A model generated the notes under the pieces. It was not told where the DNA came from. It searched no databases and was given only the letters and a program-made list of their open reading frames with translations. 64,000 nucleotides of DNA from NCBI GenBank assembly GCA_002269645.1, contig NIVC01000309.1:558001-622000 (forward strand), in the 5' to 3' direction. The DNA is from Macrostomum lignano. Lineage: Eukaryota. The position numbers were made by a program, and so were the translations under genes. Positions 16,330 through 35,625 of the stretch are shown in pieces (positions within the stretch are counted from its first letter, which is position 1; every line of letters starts with the position of its first letter).

Positions 16330-17800
16330 ACTCCCTCTTCAGCCATTCCCCATCAGAATTTCCTTCAACCATTCCCAAACAGAATTCCCCCTTTCAGCCA
16401 TTCCCCAACAGAATTCCCCCTTTCAGCCATTCCCCAACAGAATTCTCCCTATCAGCCATTCCCCAACAGAATTTCCCCTTTCAGCCATTCCCCAACAGAA
16501 TTTCCCCTTTCAGCCATTCCCCAACAGAATTCTCCCTTTCAGCCATTCCCCAACAGAATTTCCCCTTTCAGCCATTCCCCAACAGAATTCTCCCTATCAG
16601 CCATTCCCCAACAGAATTTCCCCTTTCAGCCATTCCCCAACAGAACTCCCCCTTTCAGCCATTCCCCAACAGAATTCTCCCTATCAGCCATTCCCCAACA
16701 GAATTCCCCCTTTCAGCCATTCCCCAACAGAACTCCCCCTTTCAGCCATTCCCCAACAGAATTCTCCCTATCAGCCATTCCCCAACAGAATTTCCCCTTT
16801 CAGCCATTCCCCAACAGAACTCCCCCTTTCAGCCATTCCCCAACAGAATTCTCCCTATCAGCCATTCCCCAACAGAATTTCCCCTTTCAGCCATTCCCCA
16901 ACAGAATTTCCCCTTTCAGCCATTCCCCAACAGAATTCTCCCTTTCAGTCATTCCCCAACAGAATTCCCCTTTCAGCCATTCCCCAACAGAATTTCCCCT
17001 TTCAGCCATTCCCCAACAGAACTCCCCCTTTCAGCCATTCCCCAACAGAATTCTCCCTATCAGCCATTCCCCAACAGAATTTCCCCTTTCAGCCATTCCC
17101 CAACAGAATTTCCCCTTTCAGCCATTCCCCAACAGAACTCCCCCTTTCAGCCATTCCCCAACAGAATTCTCCCTATCAGCCATTCCCCAACAGAATTTCC
17201 CCTTTCAGCCATTCCCCAACAGAATTTCCCCTTTCAGCCATTCCCCAACAGAATTCTCCCTATCAGCCATTCCCCAACAGAATTTCCCCTTTCAGCCATT
17301 CCCCAACAGAACTCCCCCTTTCAGCCATTCCCCAACAGAATTCTCCCTATCAGCCATTCCCCAACAGAATTTCCCCTTTCAGCCATTCCCCAACAGAACT
17401 CCCCCTTTCAGCCATTCCCCAACAGAATTCTCCCTATCAGCCATTCCCCAACAGAATTTCCCCTTTCAGCCATTCCCCAACAGAATTTCCCCTTTCAGCC
17501 ATTCCCCAACAGAATTTCCCCTTTCAGCCATTCCCCAACAGAATTCTCCCTATCAGCCATTCCCCAACAGAATTTCCCCTTTCAGCCATTCCCCAACAGA
17601 ACTCCCCCTTTCAGCCATTCCCCAACAGAATTCCCCCTTCAGCAATCACCCTGACCCAACAGAATTCCCCCTTTCAGCCATTCCCCAACAGAATTCCCCC
17701 TTCAGCAATCACCCTGACCCAACAGAATTCCCCTTTCAGCCATTCCCCAACAGAATTCCCCCTTCAGCAATCACCCTGACCCAACAGAATTCCCCCTTCA
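16330..17800. repeat. 29-bp minisatellite CAGCCATTCCCCAACAGAATTTCCCCTTT
   Basis: Long homogeneous tandem array between the two SR genes. Confidence 0.95.
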
Positions 17801-17958
17801 TCTAGATAATTGTTTACCCCTTAAGCCATGTGCAATGCTCCTTATTCTCACTAACCTGTAGCTCTATCAAAATGTGTTTGCCCACATTTCTGCACTGGGA
17901 CCGCTATATTACTACTATACTCAATCGGCAGCCGCAGTCTCACAGCTAGAATTCAATC

Positions 17959-19024
17959 ATGTCCCGCCAAGAGATGGGCCGCCGAGTGTACGTGGGCGAT
18001 CTGCCAGGCGGTGCGGACGAACGCGACATTAAATCGGCGCTGCGCAGCTTCGGCGAACTAGAATCTGTCTGGGTGCACGGTCGCGGCACCTATGCTTTTG
18101 TTACTTTTCGAGAACGCCGCGACGCTGAAGACGCCGTTAGAAGTCCGCCAAGAATACGCGGTGCAAGGGCTAGGTAAGGAGACTCCCGTAGCCTAATGGT
18201 CTAGCGCTGTGCTCTGGATGTGCCAGCGGCCCAGGCTCGATTCCCAAGTGCAGTCACATTACATAATTTGGGGCTAAACTGGAATCTCGGCTTGGCTCTC
18301 TGCTCGTGCAATTAACGCCCTGAGGGCCAACCCCCAAGGCACAGTGAAGTGTACATGTCAAACGATAAATAAAGTTAGGGCCGCTGTACACTCCTGTGTG
18401 AGTGTGTGCCTGTGCGTATGACTGCGTACGTATCCGCGCGCTTGTGTGCCTGCTCAGGGGAGTCGGCGGAATGGGCAGTAATGCCTCTTGCCGGTTGTGT
18501 GACAATGTCGCTTAAAGTGCGCCAGGTTGTGTACTTTGAATTAATTGCCATTCATGCACACGCTCACATAGGATGTACACCTTGACTTTACACATTCAAC
18601 CATAGCTGTTTATTTTTTCCAACTTAGACTGGAACTGGCCAAGCACGAGAGGCGTCCCGCAGCTGCCGGCGGAGGAGGCGGCGGCGGTGGCGGAGGCGGC
18701 GGTGGCTTTCGAGGCCGCAGTCCGCGCGACGACCGGTGCTACAGCTGCGGCCGCAGCGGCCACTACGCTTACGAGTGTCCGAGTCGAGGCGGCCTTGGCG
18801 GCCGCGGCAAGTACGGCGGTCGATCGCCCAGTCCGACAAGAGATCGGAGTGGCGGCGGCGGTGGCGGCAGCGGCGGTGGCCGAAGCAACCGAGGTCGCGA
18901 TCGGGACCGGAGCCGCAGTCGCAGTCGTGGCCGAAGCCGCAGTCGCAGTCGCAGCGTCGATCGTCGTCGAGATCGCGGCAATCGCGGCGGCAGCAGTAGT
19001 CGGGGCAGCAGTCGCAGTCGCTAA
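17959..19024 (+). CDS. Second, divergent SRSF7-like paralog (RRM + zinc knuckle + RS/RG)
   Basis: Exon 17959-18173 (RRVYVGDLPG...YAFVTF) is joined in phase 2 to 18628-19024 (LELAK...RCYSCGRSGHYAYEC...RSRSRS*). Confidence 0.85.
18180..18522 (+). mobile_element. tRNA-derived SINE family A in SR paralog intron
   Basis: Near-identical to 3702-3995; starts just after the GTAAG donor. Confidence 0.82.
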
Positions 19025-19059
19025 GTGCATCAAAGATTTATAAAATCAAAGTCCTTTAA

Positions 19060-19390
19060 AAATCGCCCCTGAGTCATCAGTATATAAGAATCGCCCCTGA
19101 GTCATCGGTATAAGAATCGCCCCTGAGTCATCAGTATAAGAATCGCCCCTGAGTCATCGGTATAAGAATCGCCCCTGAGTCATCAGTATAAGAATCACCC
19201 CTGAGTCATCAGTATAAGAATCGCCCCTGAGTCATCAGTATAAGAATCGCCCCTGAGTCATCAGTATAAGAATCGCCCCTGAGTCATCAGTATAAGAATC
19301 GCCCCTGAGTCATCAGTATAAGAATCGCCCCTGAGTCATCAGTATATAAGAATCGCCCCTGAGCCATCGGTATAAGAATCGCCCCTGAGC
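19060..19390. repeat. 26-bp minisatellite AAGAATCGCCCCTGAGTCATCAGTAT
   Basis: Tandem array just after the SR paralog stop. Confidence 0.95.
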
Positions 19391-19734
19391 CAGCCCTGAG
19401 CTTGAACTTATAACTGTCCAATTCTGCCGAAATTTAAACACCTGACGATAAGCGAATAAACGGCCATTAACCGGAGTTGCGCTTGGGAGTTGTTATAAAT
19501 TAAAAAATTTAATTTACGTGTAATTTGTGTTATTATCAATGCCCATTGCTGTTGTATGTGTTTTGTATGTTTCAGCTAAATTTTGTTGGTCAAAAATTGC
19601 TGCATTTTTATTTTCTTTTCCTCTCCCTTTCATTCTATTTTAAATTTTATGAACCTATTTGGTCCATATAGCTCTGTCTCCACTACCTGCATGTTGGCTA
19701 TTGGTTGTCTTCTAAAACCTTTTTTCAAAAATAG

Positions 19735-19807
19735 CTAGATAAATAGATAGATAGATAGATAGATAAAAAGATAGATAATTAGATACTTCAAAATAGATAG
19801 ATAGATG

Positions 19808-19864
<57 letters not shown>

Positions 19865-20000
19865 AAAATATAGATAGTTAGAAAAGTAGGTACGTACGAG
19901 CAGATAGTTAGAAAAGTAGGTACGTACGAGCAGATAGTTAGAAAAGTAGGTACGTACGAGCGTTGGTAGATAGGTAAGTAGGTAGGTTGGTAGGTAGGTA
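19735..20000. repeat. (TAGA)n microsatellite with three embedded ~32-bp repeats
   Basis: Directly visible. Confidence 0.9.
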
Positions 20001-20673
20001 GATTGGTAGATAGATAAATGCATAAGTAGTTGATAGTGACAATTGAAATCGCTGAGACTGGAACCGAACCTACACTATATTACTCATAGCGATATATGAA
20101 AGTATATTATGAAAGAACATACAAGGTTGTGTAGTAACGTGACAAAAGCACAAATGCTATGTTTCTTTCGTATTTTTATGAACTTGTTTAACGTAAAATA
20201 CCCAATAATTAATTAGACAAGTTCGACTCGGCGCATTACATATCGGCCCAGTGACTGTACAAAATCACTTTTGTTGCGCAGAACAGTGCTTGCGCATCTG
20301 TGAGTTTATTTTGTTTGCGTTATAGCTTTCTGAAATGCTATAATTATTGCCTTGAAATGTCACTATAGTAATTACTATTCAAATTCAATTAGGACATTAT
20401 ACTGCGAACTTGTTCATATGAACAACTAATAATTATGTTAATACCTTAATGAGAAATAAATATGCCACTATTTGGGCACCTGCTAGTTTGCTGTTTAACT
20501 TGCTGTTGAGTTTATTGATTTGTATTTTTTATTTGTTTTTTGTGTATTTTATTCATACTTATTTTCTTATATTAATTTAAGTCTAAAAGCACCTGTCGAT
20601 GCACTAATTGCATGCTAAATAATAAAAGCTGAGATCAATACTGTTTCTTGACAAAATAATTTAATCGCGGCAC

Positions 20674-21605
20674 ATGAAGCCCAACCAGCCGCCACCGCTA
20701 CCGCCGCATTCCAATTTGCCAACGTCGCACTTCTCCGCCGCCGCCGCTGCCAGCCTCCAGCATCATCAGCACCACCAGCATCAGCTGTTGCAGCAGACTC
20801 GAGCTGATAACGAAGAGCGACAGCGCTTTCAAGTAATACCTACTTGGGTACAGGTGGCCGCTGTAACCTGTGGAACCGAATACATATCCCTTTCCTATAG
20901 AATCGCCCATCCATCCCATAAAATCGCCTATCTATACCATAGAATCGCCTATCTACCCCATAGAATCGCCCATCTATCCCATAGAATCGCCCATCTATCC
21001 CATAAAATCGCCTATCTATACCATAGAATCGCCCATCTATGCCATAGAATCGCCCATCTATCCCAAAGAATCGCCCATCTATCCGATAAAATCGCCCATC
21101 TATCCCATAGAATCACCCATCTATCCCATAGAATCGCCCATCTACGAGTAACTATGGATACGCAAAGGATTAAACAGCCTATGTTAATTCATCCCAACCA
21201 CATCCCACCCCGCAGGTTGAACTAGAGTTCGTTCAGTGTCTGGGCAATCCGAATTACCTGAACTTCTTAGCCCAGCGTCGCTTCTTTGAGAAACGCGAAT
21301 TCATCAACTACTTAAGCTACCTGCAGTACTGGAAAGAGGCGGACTACGTCAAGTACATCAAGTACCCGTTCTGTCTGCAGCTGCTGGATCTACTGCAGCA
21401 TCAGCAGTTTCGCAAAGACATCGCTAAAACAGGCCTAGCTAGGGAAGTTGACGAGCAGATCCTATTGCATTGGCAGCACTATATACCTAAGCGGCATCGA
21501 TTGCTAACCAGACAGGCCAATCAGCAACTGCTGGAGCAGCAAGAGCAGCAGCAGCAGGGCGTCGATGGCGGATCCGTTCCAGCATCAACAGCTGGCCGGT
21601 CGTGA
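20674..21605 (+). CDS. MED31: Mediator subunit 31
   Basis: Exon 20674-20832 (...RFQ) plus 21216-21605 (VELEFVQCLGNPNYLNFLAQR...YLQYWK...KYPFCL...EQILLHWQHY); TGA at 21603-21605. Confidence 0.93.
20898..21145. repeat. 21-bp minisatellite ATAGAATCGCCCATCTATCCC
   Basis: Tandem array in the MED31 intron. Confidence 0.92.
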
Positions 21606-23012
21606 AGGCGGCGGCGGAAATCGCGGCTCGGACGATTGTCTTGACGAGCTGATCGACCGACTGCGCGGTATTCGGCGAACACTGTGCTCCTTGATTGCTA
21701 AAGTTGACGAGAAGCGTCCGGCCACCTGGCCTGAGGTAAGGCGACCGACGGCAATTGTCCTGATTATTTGTTTGCGCTTGTCTGCTATGTGGTTTCGATT
21801 TCCCTGGCTGATTTTAAAGGTTGTCGGATTGTCTCTGAGGTTGTCAGATTCTGTCTCTGAGGTTGTCAGATTCTGTCTCTCAGGTTGTCAGATTCTCTCT
21901 GAGGTTGTCAGATTCTGTCTCTCAGGTTGTCAGATTCTCTCTCAGGTTGTCAGATTCTCTCTCAGGTTGTCAGATTCTGTCTCTGAGGTTGTCAGATTCT
22001 GTCTCTCAGGTTGTCAGGTTCTCTCTCAGGTTGTCAGATTCTGTCTCTGAGGCTGTCAGATTCTGTCTCTCAGGTTGTCAGATTCTGTCTCTGAGGTTGT
22101 CAGATTCTCTCTCAGGTTGTCAGGTTCTCTCTCAGGTTGTCAGATTCTGTCTCTGAGGCTGTCAGATTCTGTCTCTCAGGTTGTCAGATTCTCTCTCTAA
22201 GGTTGTCAGATTCTCTCTGAGGTTGTCAGATTCTCTCTGAGGTCAGTAAGATTCCCTCTGAGATTGTCAGATTCTCTCTGAGGTTATCAGATTGTCTCTG
22301 AGATTTTCAGATTCTCTCTCTGGGGTTGTCAGATTCTCTCTGGGGTTGTCAGATTCTCTCTGGGGTTGTCAGATTCTCTCTGAGATTGTCAGATTCTCTC
22401 TGAGGTTATCAGATTCTCTCTGAGGTTGTCAGATTCTGTCTGAGGTTGTCAGATTCTCTCTGAGGTTGTCAGATTCTGATGTTTCAAAGTTATTTTTAAA
22501 TTTATGAGGTGAAGCAAGTGTCAGATAAATTTTGTCTTCAACAACGCCAAACAAATCGCCAACTACAGATTCTGAACTGCCTGGCCGAGTGCGTCTCCCA
22601 GCTCTCCGCCCTGCACCGCACCCTGCGCAACGAGAAGCAGCTTCGTTTAAATGATTTCGCTCTACTACCAATTGGCCTGAGTCCGCAGCTCGATCAGCAC
22701 CTGTTGAACCACACAGAAGGCCGTCTCGGCCTGCTTAATCACGACAGCGTGCCGCACTATCTGCGAACTAAACTCGACCTGAGCGTTGAGCACAGGCGCA
22801 ACGAGTTTCAGAAATCCGGCACTAACATTGAAGCTCAGCCGAGAACGTCCGAGCAGATGCGTAAAGCGGCCGAGACCGCATTGAATTCATTGAAACAGGC
22901 CAGGCCTGACTTTGAGAATGAGCAGTCGGAGCGGAACCAGACTATGCGTAGCAATGAGCAGGATACCGCTAAACTGCTGCTAGCTATTAACTTTGGTATT
23001 GGACTCAAGTGA
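21565..23012 (+). CDS. MED8: Mediator subunit 8
   Basis: Exon 21565-21735 (...ATWPE) plus 22569-23012 (ILNCL...LLPIGLSPQLDQHLLNHTEGRLGLLNHDSVPHYLRTKLD) match recalled MED8 TWPSVLD/TEGR/VPDHLRTKPD motifs. Confidence 0.85.
21830..22480. repeat. 20-22 bp minisatellite GGTTGTCAGATTCTCTCTGA
   Basis: Tandem array in the MED8 intron. Confidence 0.93.
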
Positions 23013-23417
23013 CTCAGTTTCGCTGTCTCACACTGCTGCTCACATCTCTTATTCATTATTCTCTGCATGATTGGTCCCCTAACGATTTGACCTTCCGGTG
23101 ACCCTTAGTAATACTTTATTTATTGTCTCAATGCTTTATATCTTGTAATTACTAATATCAAGCTTAGCATTCTAATTAAATGTGAATTGTATTAAAGAAT
23201 AAACACGCTTATCGTTCATTACTTATTGATATATTTAAATACAAAAATGTTTCTTTTAATTGGCATATAATTAATGCTTGATTTTTACTGTTAATGTTGT
23301 TAATAAAGCTACTACTTAATAACCATACTAATTATTATTCTAGCATTCTCGGCTGAGCAGCCATTCTCAAGCTATAAGCTAGACAAAAACAACGATTCGG
23401 AGGTACAACCGAGATAA

Positions 23418-24701
23418 ATGTCCCAGCTGCTACTGGGCTATGCCAGCCGCCTGCTAGGCTGTCAGTCTCGCTCGGGCTCGGCCGCAACAACCGCTGCCGC
23501 CGCCGCCATTCTCAGCCAGCAGCCGGTGCGGCACAAATCGCCTCTACAGAAAGTTCGCAAGCGCGGCCCGTTTCCGGAATGGACCAAGACCGACCCGGAC
23601 CCGCACCTGTTCACGCGGCACATTCCCAAAACTGACGAGCGTCGGACTAAAGCTGTCCGGCCGCCTGGCAAGTACCAGATATTCAGCGTGCACTACGATC
23701 CTATTGTAAACAGCTTTGCTGGACACTTTGTCAAATGCGGCCAGCGAGACAAATTGCGCGACGTGTTCACCCAGATGATGGCAGAGATCAAGCACATCCA
23801 GATGGCCCGGCGAAACGCCGCGCCGCCTGAGGAGAAAGCGTCCATTGAGGCTAGTTCACTCTGGGATTGGAAATCTTTGGGTGTAGGAAAATCCTTCGAG
23901 ATCTTCCCAACCAAATAGATCCTGATCTGCTGGGCCAGCCTCCCAAATCCTGGGTTGCTGGGCCACTGCTCTCCCAGATCCTCAGTTGTTGGGCCACCGC
24001 TCTCCCAAATCCTCAGTTGTTGGGCCACCGCTCTCCCAGATCCTCAGCTGCTGAGACAGCCTCCCAGATCCTTAGTTGCTGGGCCACCGCTCTCCCAGAT
24101 CCTCAGCTGCTGAGACAGCCTCCCAGATCCTTAGTTGCTGGGCCACCGCTCTCCCAGATCCTCAGCTGCTGAGACAGCCTCCCAGATCCTTAGTTGCTGG
24201 GCCACCGCTCTCCCAGATCCTCAGCTGCTGAGACAGCCTCCCAGATCTTTAGTTCCTGGGCCACCGCTCTCCCAGATCCTCAGCTGCTGAGACAGCCTCC
24301 CAGATCCTTAGTTGCTGGGCCAGCCTCCCAGATCCCCGGTCTTTCTACAGCCATAGAATTCCACTAACTAAGTCTCACCATCGCTGCAGGTGGACCCCAC
24401 TCGCGTCATACACAAAGCCGTTGAGAACTGCTCACCTCTGCTCATCATTAAGCACGTGTTTCGCGGCGGCTTCCTATACAAAGTGCCCTGCCCGCTGCGC
24501 GAGTCGGAGAGTCAAATGCGAGCGTTTAAATTTCTGCGAATTGCGTCAAACGTTCGCGGCACCAAGGAGCACCTGTACCGCTCGCTGGCCAGGGAGCTCG
24601 TGAATGCCAGCAACAATGAAGGCAAAGCTGTGCACGCCAAATTGCAATTGCACAAAACATGCGAAGAGAACAGGGCCTATGCTAATTATCGTATAACCTG
24701 A
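23418..24701 (+). CDS. MRPS7: Mitochondrial ribosomal protein S7 (uS7m)
   Basis: Exon 23418-23849 (...YDPIVNSF...ASIE) plus 24390-24701 (VDPTRVIHKAVENCSPLL...RGGFLYKVPCPL...LHKTCEENRAYANYR). Donor is probably GC. Confidence 0.88.
23915..24335. repeat. 28-29 bp minisatellite (GCTGGGCCA..CCCAGATCCTCAG family)
   Basis: Variant of the 5678-6600 unit, in the MRPS7 intron. Confidence 0.92.
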
Positions 24702-25114
24702 GCTATTAGCTAAGATTGTCTTAAGTCGACTGTAGTTTTTACCTGTCTAATCCGCCTGTTTGCTTTCGCTTATCTAAGCAGGTTCAATGCCATTTATAAA
24801 TAAATTATTTCAATTTAAATTCTGTTCTACTCTGTTAAATGTTTGATTTTTCAATCACTTATCTGGTATTGTTAGGCAATGCATGGATTTTATTAATTTC
24901 ATATTTCTGTCCTAATCTAGCCTTAAGATTTTCCATAGACCGACCTCCAGATTGTTCCTTAATCCAGTCTCAGTACGTATCTCCCATGATCCTAACCCCA
25001 AAGTTTCCCATAATCTAGCCTGAAAATCTCCCATAAAATAGTCCTAGAATCTCCCATCATCCAGTCTCAAGATCCTCCATAATCCTCCATGCAAATCTCC
25101 ATTAATCCATCCCG

Positions 25115-25352
25115 AAAATCTCACCTAATCCATACTGAGGTTTATCCTCTTATCTGAACCCTCATGAAGTTGCAACTTACAAAACCTCAGCTTTGCATTG
25201 GTGTGTACCAAGCCAGCCCTTCTTATTTTATACCAACATGAGCTGGCCTGGAAGGATTAAACAATGCAATATCAAACAGCTGTGCTGTCAGGCTTTACAC
25301 CGTGTCGATTGCTGTTTGAATATTTGCTGTTGCAATTGACACTCCGAGGCCT
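25115..25352. repeat. Dispersed ~230-bp repeat, copy 2
   Basis: Matches 7960-8190. Confidence 0.85.
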
Positions 25353-25419
25353 GACTACATGTTCTATTGAAATAATATATATATATGTAGTCGTTGGGGT
25401 TGTCGTGCAATTCGAACCC

Positions 25420-25570
25420 GTGAGTGCCAGTCCCAAAGGCGCAGACTGTACATGCCTTCGATTATAAAGTGAGGACCGCTGTGTACACCCTGTGTGAGCG
25501 CGTGTAGAGTGCGCGCCTGCGTACAGTAATGGCACGCTTGCTTGTGCTCAGAAGTCAGTGGAATCGGCAG
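25420..25570 (+). mobile_element. Diverged 3' fragment related to SINE family A
   Basis: GTACATG...AAAGT.AGG.CCGCTG..TACACCCTGTGTGAG...GGAAT.GGCAG resembles the 3' half of the 18180-18522 copy. Confidence 0.5.
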
Positions 25571-25674
25571 AATTTCGTTTTTTAGATTATTTTTTTGCTG
25601 CATTTAACTACTGTTAGTAGTTGTTCATAAAGTTTTCAATATTGACATTTTACTTATGTCTGAAAGCAGCGCCC

Positions 25675-34847
<9,173 letters not shown>

Positions 34848-35204
34848 GGCTCATCAGTCAGACAGTTAAAGTTGTGCATTTTTGGCTATATTATTCGGAT
34901 GTTTTCATTCACCGCTGTAACACTGCTGCTTTATTGAAATACACCGGTTGGAAACCCCAGTTCATTAGTTGCTTCAATTGTTGTTGCTATGCAGAAAATT
35001 TCGTGCGACTATGATGCCAATAAAGTTGGTTGTTTTACTGTGTTTTATGAAGGAATCCGCTTTGATTCTTGAAAACGTGGTCTTTGAAGTCTACGCAACA
35101 GTTTTGCACAAGCTACATGTACATGTAAAAGAGATCGTTTCATAATCAAGTGAATCGTGTGAATTTCATAATCACTTCAATCAATATCTACAGCTGATTT
35201 AGAA

Positions 35205-35490
35205 ACACAACCCCATTCCGCCGACTTCCCTGAGCAGGCACACAAGCGCGCGGATACGTACGCAGGCACACTCACAGGAGTGTACAGCGGCCCTGACTTT
35301 ATTTATCGTTTGGCATGTACACTTCACTGCGCCTTGGGGGTTGGCCTTCAAGGGCGTTAATTGCAAGAGCAGAGCCAAGCCGAGACTCCAATTTAGCCTC
35401 AAATTATGTAATGTGACTGCACTGGGGAATCGAGCCTGGGCCGCTGGCACATCAAAGCGCCACGCCAGACCACTGGGCTACGGGTCCCTC
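35205..35490 (-). mobile_element. tRNA-derived SINE family A, minus-strand copy
   Basis: Reverse complement GTAGCCCAGTGGTCTGGCG...GGCTCGATTCCCCAGTGCAGTCACATTAC matches 18180-18522. Confidence 0.82.
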
Positions 35491-35625
35491 ATTTAGAAAC
35501 CATTTCTAAGAATTTACTAATGCGTGATCTGAATATCACTAAAAAAGTGAAGAATCCAGGCGTTATACAGGTGATTTTTGCCGGCGCCCATGTTTCCATT
35601 TCCACCAAGCAGATTTAATCGTTTA

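Noticed and set aside
16330-17800. Regular 29-38 bp repeats as possible CRISPR arrays (also 38625, 53455, 54200)
   Set aside because: Units are head-to-tail with no unique spacers, there are no cas genes, and the context is intron-containing eukaryotic DNA.
14776-19043. Ala-rich alternative-frame and antisense ORFs over the SR genes
   Set aside because: Shadows of GC-rich Gly/Arg/Ser codons of the real CDS.
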